Assembly: GCA_964016885.1 (NCBI GenBank)
Contig: OZ024744.1
Coordinates: forward strand, 14,260,001 to 14,324,000
DNA: 64,000 nt
Reading direction: 5' to 3'
Origin: Eledone cirrhosa
Taxonomy: Eukaryota
A program made the translations under genes and the position numbers. Numbering within the stretch: position 1 is the first letter of the stretch; every line of letters starts with the position of its first letter. Below the pieces are notes generated by a model, which worked only from the letters and a program-made list of their open reading frames with translations, made no database searches and was not told the origin of the DNA. This document shows, piece by piece, positions 41,190-53,945 of this stretch.

Positions 41190-44068
41190 GTTCCTATTAT
41201 GTGTACTATGAAGGACAAAAGGCTTGCATGTTATCTTTCTGGACAAGAACTTGCTCGGAAGATCCCTTGATCTGATACAATTCTCATACGTGAAGATTTT
41301 AATGCTAGGTTTAGAAAGGACCACAGAACGTGGGATGTGATTGGTAGGCATGGAATTGGAAAATGTAATAGCAATGACTTGTTACTCCTGCAAATGTTAG
41401 GAGCTAATTCTTTGTATAGCTAACACTGTCTTCCAGCACAAGGAGAAGCACAAGACAACATGGATGTATCCAGGTTCAAAACAGTGGCACATGATAGATG
41501 TTATTGTTGTGTTATTTTCCTGATATCTGTGATGTCCGTGTGTTGTGAGGAGGTGAGTACTGGACAGTCCATCACCTTGTTTATACTAAGGTGACATTTC
41601 TAGTAAAGCCGAATATACGAGTAAATGGTGTTGTAGTTCCCAAGAAATCAAATATTGCGCTGATTAAAAATGCTTTAAAAAAAGTGAGAAAGTTAGACAA
41701 GATCCAATGACACATGGGAAGATTTGAAGACTTCAGTTTATGATACTTTGGCATAGGTTCTTAATAGGAAACATTAAGCTTGATTTGATGAAAATGAGAA
41801 AGATATGCAAGTGTAACTTAATGAAAAGAAGACAGCAATGATGAGAGTGTTTACAGGAGGGGAAGGAGCTGGAAGGAGTGAAATGTTGTTGAAAGAGGTG
41901 AAGGCTATCTTACAGAGCAAGCTCCATAGCATGCAAGATACATGGTGGAGAAATAAAGTGAATGAGATTCATGCTGCAGCTGATGCCAACAATATAATGA
42001 TACTTTACACCTTATTACGAGAAGTCTATGTTCCTTATTCTTCTCCAGTTGCACCTCTGAAATCTCAAAATAGCAGTGAATTGTTTAGAACCCAAAGGCC
42101 ATCCTTTTGAGATGGAGGGAACAGTTCAATGAACTTTTGTATAGGTCTTCTCAGATCAATGGAGAGTTGATTGGTTCAATTCCTAGTTGGTCTATAAATG
42201 ATGTACTAGCGGAAAGTCTTACTTTGGGGAAGTGGAAGTGGCTGTAAAACAACTCAATGATGGGACATCACTTGGGAAGGATGGTATTTGTGCTGAGATA
42301 CTGTAATGTAGAAGTTGAAGTATTCTTTGACTTCTTATAAACCTGAGACATAAGGTTTGGGAAGAAGAAAGCATTCCCCAAGACTGGAAAGATGTATTGA
42401 TGGTGGTGCTTTATAAAGGAAATGGTACAAAGGATGATTGTGGTAATTATTGTGGGATAGCCCTCCTTTCAGTTGTAGGAAAAGTATTGTGTAAGATCAT
42501 ACTGGATAGATTGTTTGATAACACCACTGGCAATGTTTTCCCTGAGTCACAGTGGGGTTTTAGACACACCAGAGGGACAACAGACAGAATCTTCTTTGGG
42601 GCAACTATAGGGGAAGTGCATTGAACAAGGAATGGATTTGTATCATGTCTTTGTTGACTTGACAAAGGCTTTTGATAAGGTGAATAGAACTGCCTTGTGG
42701 TTGTCCTGACAAGCTTGTATCAGTTCTGAAAGATTTTCATGATGGTATGTAAGCTTGTGTCAATGAATGTGGACAGGTGTCAGATCCCATTTTTGTTGAA
42801 AATGGTGTAAAACAAGGGGCTATACCAGCACCTTTCTGATTGCATTATATTTCTCTATTTTTTCTTATGGTATTTGAGGACTTCACACCTGTAATTTATA
42901 TCAAGTATTGTTTGACATGCAATCTGTTTAACTTAAGACGTGAATGTGTGTATACAGATGATTGTGATTTTGTTACTCACTCTGAGAGTGACATACAGCA
43001 CCTGATAGATTGTTTTCAGAGGTATGCAGCACATTAGATCTGACAAGCAGTCTACCCAAGACAATTGCCATGTATCAACTTGTTCCAGGTAAGGATTTCA
43101 CTGAGACTAGCTGTTATGTATATGGCAAATTATTGAAGGTTGTGGATAAATTTGTATATTTAGGTAGCACAACTAACATGACTTTCCACTTATTACACCT
43201 AAAGTAAGCAACTGATTCTTTTTATAAATTAGATGTGCATCTCTGGTGTTGACATGGGATTGATACTAACTTAAAGGTGTACAGAACAGGTGTAATGTCT
43301 TCATTGTTGTATGTATGTGAAACTTGGGTTACATACCACAGAAATATAAAAATACTTGAACATTTTTATCAACAGTGTCTTCACCAAATACTCAGTATCT
43401 ATTGGTAATCCCATATGAGTGTTGTTGAAGTGATAGAATGAAGTCATTTTGAAAGTATTGAATCTCTCATAATTTAATATAGATTGCACTGGAGCGGCCA
43501 TGTTGCAATAATGTCAGATCATTGTATTCCTAAACAGTTACTGTATGGGAAGTTAGTCAAAGACAAACGGCCATGACACAAACCAAAACTCAGGTATAAA
43601 GACTGTATCAGAGAAGATAACCGGAAAGACATTGTCTTAGATAGATCATCTTGGGGAAAAACAGTATTTAATGGAAAACAGGAATTTGAAAAACTCATGT
43701 GGAGCATGGAAAATATGACATTACCTGGATTTTTAGATGCTCAAAACAACTTAACATGCAATGAGTGTGGGCAGATTTGCCCCAGTAAATCTGGTTTTAG
43801 AAGTCATCATAGAGGTTATGTACAAAATGTTGCCAATTATGGTCTCTTTGGTATTTCTTATTGCCAGAAGTGTGGAAAACATTACACCTCGGTTGGTGGA
43901 CTCCAATGTCATTTGGAAACTAACAGGGAAGTAAAGTTGAAGTAATGTTCATCACTGATGTAGAAAGGAATGTAAGTCCTTGGCAAGACTAAAGAGACAT
44001 GTTTGTGTCACCCATTGTGAGAGAGTGATCAGTTGGTGGCAGTTCTTGAAATTGAGATACAACCATCA
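41190..44068 (+). mobile_element. Heavily decayed RTE-clade LINE
   Basis: APE remnants (NTVFQHKEKHKTTW). RT motifs GNYCGIALLS, PESQWGFR, DLTKAFD, GVKQG, YTDD, FVYLGS, then PKQLLYG. Two C-terminal C2H2-like fingers. (TATG)n tail. Confidence 0.92.
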
Positions 44069-44136
44069 GGTATGTATGTATGTATGTATGTATGTATGTA
44101 TGTATGTATGTATGTATGTATGCATGTATGTATTAT

Positions 44137-44810
44137 GTCGGGTCACTCTTGAGTGCTATTGGTAACATGTAACCCAGTACAACCTGTCGCATGGTCGGGT
44201 CGTCGGCGACTAAACCGGCAACCCCACCAAGTTTACTTGGTGAGGAGGGTGATTTTGGACACCCTGCAGGACAAATAACAAAACCTGACAAAGGCCGGAA
44301 GATCTCATAAAAGTCAACGGCCATCCAAAAGTGTGTAAATATGTATATACACATGTACATATGTATGTATATGTGTATATACATGGGTGCATGTGTATGT
44401 ACATGCGCGGGGACATAGAAATAATCGGGCTAGACACCCGATCGCGTGGTTAAACCACTGGGAGTGAAGGACCCCTAGCCTTTGTCGGGGCATTCTTCTG
44501 GGAGAAGGCAACTCAGGAAACTGGGATAACTCCGATATAAAACCTGCGGCTCAGTAGTTACCGATGATGTTGATATTTTCTTCTTTTCGGGTTATAGCTA
44601 CTGTCGCTCAGAGAGTGGGATTGGCTCAGTGCACAGTCTTTCCTCATTTTAAAAAATATCTTCATGCACAGGCATTGCACGATAGAATTAATAAATAATT
44701 ATTAATAATGGTATATCGTGCAATGGCTATACTCGATAACGAGGGGGCAGCCATCATGTATTATGTATGTATGTATGTATGTATGTATGTATGTATGTAT
44801 GTATGTATAT
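44137..44810 (+). mobile_element. Non-autonomous RTE-related retroposon with (TATG)n tail
   Basis: Shares blocks with 52390-52790 (gcctttgtc...gagaa, gatgttga..ttcttcttt, cagagtggga.tggct, and 3' end tactcga.aacgag..ggcagcca.c). No ORF. Confidence 0.6.
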
Positions 44811-47800
44811 ATGTACGTTATTCTGATTTTATAATTTCACAAAGTTTTACCAATAGAGAGAGAGTCGGTTTCTAACATAGACACAAGACTCTCTCATTGG
44901 AATTTACACAATTTCAACTAGCTAGATATGTATGCATGCATGTGTAGATATGGATGTTATTGTATGTGTGGATGTGAATGTTTTGAGTTGTATGTGTGCA
45001 TGTGTATATGCTTTGTATCTGTACATGTGTATATGCAGTTATTAGATGCAACATTTTTGGAATGTTTTACATATTTTTACTGTTCCATTAATGGATTGTA
45101 CTTGTAGTTTCCTAACTAGTTGTGGTCTTTCTGTTCCTGTGAAGCCTAGCTTCTCAAGGTTTGTATTCAGGCAGTTACTAACATATCCCAGTGCCCCAAT
45201 AATCGCAGGCATAAATCTGAAGGTGTAATCAGGGTGGATTATCTGCAGATTTCTCATCAGTTCTGCATAAATATTCTTCTTTTCACTAATCTTTGATATT
45301 ATATTGGCATCTGCTGGGCAGCTAATTTCCACTACTGTGCATGTTTTCTTCTCCCTGTCCCATATCATAATATCTGGTCTGTTTTGCCTGCATTTTATTG
45401 GGGTTTTTACTGGAATATTCCACCACTACTCTTTCATATTATGTACATGGATGTCTTCCACATTGTTGTAGCTTTTAATGTGTTTATTATCGGGGCTATT
45501 TTTTTTACGAACTGCATTGTACAGTGTTTTGGCCACTACATCATGCCTCATATGTAGATAGTACCGCGATGACATCTTTGGACAGCTTCTGATGACATGG
45601 GTGATATCCTCGATGTTAGTTCTGCAGAGTCTGCACTTGTTATCACATCTAAGTGTTTTGCCTGCATCCCTATCTCTTTTGTGAATCAGGTATTTCGTGT
45701 TAATCTCCTTTTCTTGGATTGCAAAAGCGTATCCTTCAAATAGGGAGCCAATATAGCGGTTGTTGGTCCAAGATAGACTATTTTCCTTATCTATATTACT
45801 CTCACTCTGGAACTTCCTGGCAACATATCCATGCATGATTTTTTGTTGATAAGCATGCAGTTTTTCATCCATGGATTCACTGCGATACTGCTGAGCGACA
45901 ACCCTGGGTGTGAGTTTTTGATTATCACATTGGGAATATCTCTCAAGGTGTTCCTTCGCAACTCTCATGATCTTATCTGTTTCATGCAGATAGACTTGCT
46001 CGAGAAACAGGCTCCTACGCTTCAAGGTTCGTAGATGTTGTCGGAGAGATATGATGCGACATTCAAATGTTGTCTGGACTGATGTTAGGCCTCTTCCCCC
46101 CCTGCTTACGTTTCAAGTTAAGGCGGTCTATGTTACTGTTGATGAGGAAGTTTCCGGTGTTGTTCAGTATTTTTCGAGTTCCAACATCAACTGCTCGGAT
46201 TTCGTCTATCATCCAATTGAGTATTCCAAACGTTGGTGTTAGGACAGGCACAGCAAACACATTGTGAGCTACTGTTTTGTTTTGCGCAGAGAGTTCCGAT
46301 GACCATATCTTTCTTAATCGGGTGTAGTATTCCCTGGTTATGCTTTCTTTATTACAGATACCATTATAGGATATGTTCTCATCTATCCCCAGGTATCTGT
46401 AGCAGTCCTCATCAGATATCGGTGAAACAGTTAGGCCATTGATGACAATGTTACTAGATTGGGTTGTTGTTTTTCCCCGCTTTACAGTCATGTATGACCA
46501 TTTATCTTGGCCAAACTCCATTCCTATATCTTTTGAGAACGTTGTAACCAGGTCAAGATTTTTCTTCATCCCATCCATGTTCTTGGCATAGAGTTTCAGA
46601 TCGTCCACAAAGAAGTTATGGGTTAGGTTCGTATTTCTATCCTCCTGTGAGCCAATGATGTATCGCTCACATTTCTTGAGCAGAAAGGACAAGGGGTTTA
46701 ATGACAAGATGAACAATATCACAGAGAGACTGTCCCCCCTGAAATATACCCCTGCAATATTTTATTTTATCAGTGAAAATAGAGTCCTCCCTCTCTGTCT
46801 TTAACCTTAGGATAGTAGCCCAAGAAGAAGACAGCCTCTCCATGGCTCTGACAATAATGTCTGGGACTTTAGCAAGTTGGAGGGCCTCTATCATACAAGA
46901 GTGGGGAACAGAATCGAAAGCTTTCCTGTAGTCCAGCCAGACTGTAGTCATATTCCTCCTAAGTTGTCGCACCTCCGACATCGCAGTTTTGTTGATTAGG
47001 AGTTGTTCAGCACATCCCCAAACCCCTTTCTTTCCAGCTGCTAGTTCATCTGTGATGATGTTATTTTCACAGTGACCTTGGAGGAATAGGTTCAGGCAGG
47101 CTGTATACATCTTATACATCAGGTTCTGGCATGCAATGGGTCAGTAGTTTTTTGCCAAGTGGGTGTCTTTGTTCTTGGGCACCAGTAAAGTTTGTGCTAA
47201 TGTCAACCATTCTGGTATAAGTGTATCTCCCTTAAGAACTTGTTGGTAGAAGTCAGTAAGATACCTCCGATAGAATATTAGTTTTTTGTACCAGTAGCCG
47301 ACAATCACGTCTCTTCCTGGTGTTTTCTTATCTTGGAGTTTTCCTATCACAGTCTCAAGGGTACCCTCACTTATTTCGTATGTTTTTTTGTTGTAGTGTA
47401 GGAGCAATAGTTCTTTCGGATTTCTCTTAGCCACACTGCATCTTGGTTGAAATTCTTCTTTTCAACCCATATTTTGCTCCAAAAGGAATCTATGTCTTTC
47501 TGGGATGGGGCTTCAGTGACACTTATTATTTTGCCCTTCATATCTCTATAGACTGTTGTTTGGTTTAGTCTGAATCTTTTATTAAGCACTTTTCTCACTT
47601 CTACCTTCTTCAGGTCTCGGCGTTTTTCGCTAACAGCTCTCAATTCTTGTTTGAGGGTGATCAGCTTATATTGGAGAGTTCTGCTTCTACTGTTACCAAA
47701 CCCCGTCTCTATTTTATTTTTCACTCTTTGTTGGTGAGGAGTGAGGTTTGTTTGTGTTTGTTTGCATGTAAGGAGCATTGTCACATATCCTATGGTTTTC

Positions 47801-48362
47801 GTAGGTCAGCAATCTTTTTTTCTATTTTAGTTATATATGATGGTATTTTTGGTGGTGTTTTGTTCATGTTAATATCTCTGCTATCACCCAGATAATGCTT
47901 CACTGTCGTTGCTAAGGCATATAAACAGGCGTTGATTTGCCAAAATGTTGGGGTTTTTATCCGTCGTAAATATTCATCCCCTATTTCGTCAATAACACGT
48001 AGTATTTCATTATTTGGGTTTTTATTAAACATTGTCGTTTTAACACGTTCAGCAAGAGAGATATCCTAAACGGACAGTAGTCCGTTTAGTAATATTGTTG
48101 TGGTCGTGTTTTCGTTGGCAATCGTCTGTTTACGACAGTACAGCGCGGCTCTACTTTATTTAACTGAGATAAAACTTATATGAGCATGAACAGTAGATCA
48201 TTACGCATCTTTTGGCTTAAAAATCTAGAAATTTGGTCCAGCGGGAAAAAGTTTATAATCAAAGTTTGCTGATAAATCTTGTGTTCAAGTGAGTGAGTAG
48301 TAAGCGTGACGCTAGGGGAGGTAATCCAGAAATGACGACGTTTGAAAAAGTTTAATTACTGC

Positions 48363-48494
48363 ATGAAAGAAATGATTCAAAAATTGAACTTGCCCAATCT
48401 TGACAAATCTGACTTCAAACCAAATATGATTCATTTCAACAATGTTGGAAATCTTAAATTGACACAAATTTTTGCCAATGTTTTTGCCACCTGA
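48363..48494 (+). CDS. Small orphan ORF (43 aa; 53 aa if one extra A near 48345 is removed)
   Basis: MKEMIQKLNLPNLDKSDFKPNMIHFNNVGNLKLTQIFANVFAT*, followed by AATAAA at 48532-48537. Confidence 0.3.
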   Translation: MKEMIQKLNLPNLDKSDFKPNMIHFNNVGNLKLTQIFANVFAT

Positions 48495-48612
48495 TTCTTG
48501 TTCTATGGCTGACTGACTAATTTTGTGACTTAATAAAATGTCATCATACTAGTAATGCACAATGGTCATTTTTAAATTTAAATTTTATTAAATAGTTGTT
48601 GCTTGCATTGCC

Positions 48613-49038
48613 TTAAAATAGTAACAAGAATGTACACATACTTTTTAAAAATACATCATTATCAGTCAAATCAGTCAAAAAAATGTCACTAAAAGCCAGG
48701 TGGTCGATAACAACTTCTATAAGATTAGTTACATGCTCACACATTGGATCACCTCTCATCAATGGCATTGGGTGTCTGAGATAATCGTGGAGATAACTGA
48801 TGAAGTCACAAATGAAGTGATGGTCTTCCAGTGTGAACAACTCCCTATATCCATTGATATATGTGATGGCTTCCGATTCATAGGTGCATTTTATGAGGAA
48901 TTCCATGCATCCAATTTTCAGTGATTCAATGGGCATTTTATCAGAGATGATAAGGTATTTGACCACTTTTGCTTTGTAAGTAAATTGGAGAGAATCACTG
49001 CAGTCAAAGTCATTTCTTTGCATGGGTTTTTGTCCATT
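48613..49038 (-). CDS. Orphan 136-aa+ globular-looking protein, probable terminal exon
   Basis: Intact ORF 48613-49023, open in frame up to a ttttttag acceptor at about 49039-49040. AATAAA lies ~25 nt after the stop (48584-48589). Confidence 0.5.
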   Translation of the reverse strand, partial: NGQKPMQRNDFDCSDSLQFTYKAKVVKYLIISDKMPIESLKIGCMEFLIKCTYESEAITYINGYRELFTLEDHHFICDFISYLHDYLRHPMPLMRGDPMCEHVTNLIEVVIDHLAFSDIFLTDLTDNDVFLKSMCTFLLLF

Positions 49039-49310
49039 CTAAAAAGTTAAAATGATAAAGTATTACTACTATATAACTTACATCTATTGTTGTAACACCA
49101 TTGAAATGCACAAGTTTCACTAATTCACTATTATGCACTAATCATCTCAAATGCGTTCATGATTTACTAGCTTTGTCATTAAGCCAGTTGCCTCAACTAG
49201 ATTGCAATTATACTCAAAAGAACTTTAAAATGTCAATCACTTGTCAGTAATTCACTATGATCATTTAATTATTAGATAGTTGTTGCTTGCATTGCCTTAA
49301 AAAATAGTAG

Positions 49311-50366
49311 ACCAGATAGAAAAATGCGTACAGCAAAAAAAAGTAATATTGTTGGAATATAAACCTTTAAAAATACAGGACAAGAAACTAAAATAAAACT
49401 TTAAAAGAATAGGACAAAAGATAAAACTTTAAAGAATTGGACAAGAAATAAAAGATTTTACAATAATATTAGTGGCAACATTTTTTTATTCGTTTCCTGT
49501 GCTATGCCCCAGTATCTTTTTGATTAGTGCATAATAATTGTCATGCTCTCATTGTGCGTTGCCCCTGAGCGGTTGGTTCTGGTTGGGGTTGGTTGGCTGA
49601 GCAGTTCTGCTCCGTCAGAATGACAATTGCAAGAAGAATTGGCTGATGCAGCTGCAGGTCTCCTCCAAGAATGCACTTCTGGTCCCGCAACACCAGACGA
49701 AGATGGAGAAGACAACCGGGACAAGATGTCGACTCTGACCACCGACTACGGCACCTCCCTCAACCACCGGTCCTCCCTCCCTCTGTCCCGTCATCCCTCC
49801 AGTCCTCCTGCTCCCCCTTCCTGTACCAGAAAGCTGTGGCACGCATTCATCTGGACTGCCGGACTTGAACTCAAGGACAAGATGCAAGGAGAAGATGGAT
49901 GGGTTGGTCAAGATCAAGGATGAGCGGGACGACAAGACCGTCCGCTGCTGCTCAAGATCTGTGCTCATGGGCCCATGGGTCCATTCACATTATGCATGAC
50001 ACATGAGGCGTGTCGCCGAATGATGAAATAGGGGTATGGTTATGGCCCAATTGGTGTTCAAACCAGGATCAAATGATCCCCCCGGTCTGACGACGACCTC
50101 TGAATGTGGAACCCAGAGCCTATGAATGTGGAACTCGATTTTTTACCAATAAAAATTTTGCCACTAATATTATTGTAACATTTTTTATTTCTTGTCCAAT
50201 TCTTTAAAGTTTTATCTTAGTTTCTTGTCCTATTCTTTTAAAGTTTTATCTTAGTTTCTTGTCCTATTCTTTTAAAGTTTTATTTTAGTTTCTTGTCCTG
50301 TATTTTTAAAGGTTTATATTCCAACAATATTACTTTTTTTTTGCTGTACGCATTTTTCTATCTGGT
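49311..50366. repeat. Inverted repeat arms (49311-49490 / 50148-50366) with internal ~34-bp tandem units, enclosing a GC-rich decayed ORF region
   Basis: accagatagaaaaatgcgtacagc... is the reverse complement of ...gctgtacgcatttttctatctggt. ggacaagaaactaaaataaaactttaaaagaata units occur about 3 times on the left and 4 on the right. Confidence 0.9.
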
Positions 50367-50932
50367 TTATACATGAGTTAATTTCTCTCTGGAAGATTTC
50401 GTTGAGGGAAATTTTCAATTGTTTATACTTTTGATTATCATTATCGAAAGTATTTTCCACAACAGTCGAGGTAGACTCGGATGGTATTCGTGGTGTCACA
50501 TTTATTCGATTATTATTATTATTTCTTCGATTATTATTATTATCGATAGTGTTTTCCCCCAGAATTCGAGGTAGACTTAGATGGTACAGGTGGTGTCATG
50601 TTTCTTACAGGCATAGATGTTTCAAGGCGCTGTTCGACCTGGCTGTTAGGAAGTCTAGTAGCATGGCGATCTGTAGCACGTGTTGTTGATAACACGTTTG
50701 TTGTGGGGGACTTACAATTAATAATATTTATCTTATTTTTACGTTCAACAAACGTCGCTTGTGGGCGTAATTGTCTCGCTGTGAAATAATTTAGCTCTGG
50801 GTGTATTTCGTCCCAGTGTGGCTTCATTCTGTTCATATAGCCAATTGTTTTTTGCCATTTTATAACAATTAAATAAATCATTATTAAGTTCGCAACTCCA
50901 AGAGAAATGCGATTTATATGTATGTATGTATG

Positions 50933-52192
50933 TTCATCTGGTTTTATAATTTCACAAAGTTTTACCAATAGAGAGAGAGTCGGTTTCAAACATAGACACA
51001 AGACTCTCTCATTGGAATTTACACATCAACTAGATAGATATGTATGTATGCATGTGTAGATATGGATGTTATTGTTTTGTGTGGGTGTGTATGTTTTGAG
51101 TTGTATGTGTGCATGTGTATATGCTTTGTATCTGTACATGTGTATATGCAGTTATTAGATGCAAAATTTTTGGAATGTTTTACATATTTTAAGTTGTGTT
51201 GTCTCTGTTCCTGTGAAGCCTAGCTTCTCAAGGTTTGTATTCAGGCAGTTACTAACATATCCCAGTGCCCCAATAATCACAGGCATAAATCTGAAGGTGT
51301 AATCAGGGTGGAGTATCTGCAGATTTCTCATCAGTTCTGCATAAATATTCTCCTTTTCAATAATCTTTGATATTATATTGGCATCCGCTGGGCAGCTAAT
51401 TTCCACTACTGTGCATGGTTTCTTCTCCCTGTCCCATATCATAATATCTGGTCTGTTATACCTGCATTTAATTGGGGCTTTTACTGGAACATTCCACCAG
51501 TACTCTTTCATATTATGTACATAGATGTCTTCCACATTGTTGTAGCTTTTAATGTGTTTATTATCGGGGCTATCTTTTCTACGAACTGCATTGTACAGTG
51601 TTTTGGCCACTACATCATGCCTCATAGGTAGATAGTACCGCGATGACATCTTTGGACAGCTACTGATGACATGGGTGATATCCTCGATGTTAGTTCTGCA
51701 GAGTCTGCACTTGTTATCACATGTAGGTGTTTTGCCTGCATCCCTATCTCTTTTGTGAATCAGGTATTTCGTGCTAATCTCCTGTTGCTGGATTGCAAAA
51801 GCGTATCCTTCAAAGTGGGAGCCAATATAGCGGTTGTTGGTCCAAGATAGACTACTTTCCTTATCTATATTACTCTCACTCTGGAACTTCCTGGCAACAT
51901 ATCCATGCATGATATTTTGCTGATAAGTATGCAGTTTTTCATCCATGGATTCACTGCGATATTGCTGAGCGACATCCCTGGGTGTGAGTTTTTGATTATC
52001 ACACAGGGAATATCTCTCAAGAAGTTCCTTCCCAACTCTCATAATCTTACCTGTTTCATGCAGATAGACTTGCTCGAGAAGCGGGCCCCTACGCTTCGAG
52101 GTTCGTAGATGTTGTCGGAGAGATATGATGCGACATTCAAATGTTGTCTGGACTGATGTTAGGCCTCTGTCTCCCTGCTTACGTTTCAAGTA
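50933..52192 (-). mobile_element. Second, 5'-truncated copy of the R4/Dong-like element (CCHC plus RLE domain, 344-aa ORF)
   Basis: ORF 51155-52189 is highly similar to 45042-46120 with the same 3' UTR. (TATG)n on both sides. Confidence 0.93.
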
Positions 52193-52389
52193 AATGCATG
52201 TATGTATGTATGTATGTTTGTATGTATGAATGAATGTATGTGTGTATGATATCTCTTTCTCTTAATTTCGAGTATATTTTTTTGACTGGCCACCTTCCTG
52301 GTAGCAAAGTTGTAAAAAAATGTATGTATGTATGTATGTATTATGTATGTATGTATGAATGTATGTATGTATGTATGTATGTATGAGAG

Positions 52390-52870
52390 ATGACCCCTCA
52401 GCCTTTGTCAAGGCAGAATTCTAAGAGAAAGAAAACTCTGATAAAACACCTGCAACCCTGATGATATCCAATGATGTTGACTTGTTCTTCTTTTTGGTAA
52501 ATATCATCTTGGTTAACAGAGTGGGACTGGCTTTGTGCAGTGCCTTTGCTCACTATAAAAGCTTCACGGCACAGACATTGCTTTGTATCTGGAGATCTCT
52601 CTGCACTTGTCGTCACATGGTACCATGGGCCCAGCACTATGTGTCAGTAATTGTCACAAGTGTAGTGTTTGTACCAGAGCTTACAAGTCGGTGGCTGGAC
52701 TAAAAAGTCACACTCGTTCAGCGCATCGGTAGGAGTTCTCCTACATGGATATAAAGTAGTGGCCGTACTCGAAAACGAGTTGGCAGCCACCATGTATGTA
52801 TGTATGTATGTATGTATGTATGTATGTATGTATGTATGTATGTATGTATGTATGCATGTATGCATGCATG
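52390..52870 (+). mobile_element. Diverged non-autonomous RTE-related retroposon with (TATG)n tail
   Basis: Similar to 44470-44760. Flanked by (TATG)n. Confidence 0.55.
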
Positions 52871-52894
52871 TACAAACGTATATACATATGTATG

Positions 52895-53007
<113 letters not shown>

Positions 53008-53448
53008 CATTCGCCTAATATAGGGGTTCCCTCCCTTGCTGGACCCCACGTGCGTTTAGTAACGGGTGCCTCTGTATTTTTGAACGAAATGCCTGCAGAT
53101 AAAGTGGTTTCCTCGTTCGTCTTTTTGCCAGAAGTCAGATATATTTTTTATGTAGGCTGACTTAATTGATTTGGGAACCGCAGAAACCCAAAAAGCTAGC
53201 TATTTAACATCCTTCTAGCGGGTCCGGGTAAGAATTTTCATTCATTTAATTTATTAATTTATTATTTGTGTGACCCGAATTTTCCTGGTCGTTTTTTCGG
53301 CTGTGCGAATGATTTTAAGCATTGTCTCTATGTGTTGGTATTTAAACGATAGTTATAGCTCTGGTTTATCCAAACTATTGAGCCCTTTGCCATGCATTTC
53401 GAAGATTGTGTTTCGTTATTTCGTGGGCCGAGATTCCGATTCTCGATA

Positions 53449-53499
<51 letters not shown>

Positions 53500-53500
<1 letters not shown>

Positions 53501-53657
53501 ATAATAATTGTTTCTACTTTTGGGCACAAGGCTAGCAATTACCCAATGCATTACTGGTACTTTATTCTATCGACTCCGGAAGGATGAAAGGCAAAGTTAA
53601 CCTCGGCGAGATTTGAACTCAGATCATACAGGGAGGTAACTCTATGCTTCAAAGCAT
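53500..53657 (-). mobile_element. tRNA-derived SINE (partial)
   Basis: Reverse complement contains gagttcaaatctcgccgaggttaactttgcctttcatcc...gtaccagt...ccttgtgcccaaaagtagaaacaattatt. Confidence 0.85.
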
Positions 53658-53945
53658 ATATAGTAATAATAATAAATGTGAAGATTCTTTGATAAACAAC
53701 ACACACACACACAACACAAACTCTTGCTTACGCACGTGCTCAAGTATAGCTCTTTTTACGAAATGTTTTTTTTTCCATTTCAGGTAGACGCGCGCCATCA
53801 TCCACTTTTCTAAAAAATGAATCAAACACAAAACGCCAGCACCAACAGTTTTGCAAGATGTCAATGGACCAGTTATTTTTATCTAAAGACATTTTTTCTA
53901 ATTCAATCCTGCCCATCGCCTCAATCTATTTTATTCCTCATTCTT

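Larger units (their letters stand above)
44818..50862 (-). mobile_element. Decayed RLE-type non-LTR retrotransposon (R4/Dong-like), split by a 2.3-kb insert at 48068-50361
   Basis: N-terminal GYMNRMKPHWDEIHPE. RT motifs DYRKAFDSVPH, GIFQG, HNFFVDDLKLY, YRYLG. CCHC knuckle CRLC..IEDITH...C, then RHD and RPDI..D...VVE restriction-like endonuclease. The frame rejoins across the insert (SCINQ|DISLAER). Confidence 0.92.

Noticed and set aside
43697-43945. Host C2H2 zinc-finger gene
   Set aside because: It is collinear with, and terminal to, the decayed RTE ORF. Such fingers occur at RTE C-termini.
49311-50366. Independent TIR DNA transposon
   Set aside because: There is no TSD, and the right arm is fused to LINE sequence while the left arm is internal to the larger insert.
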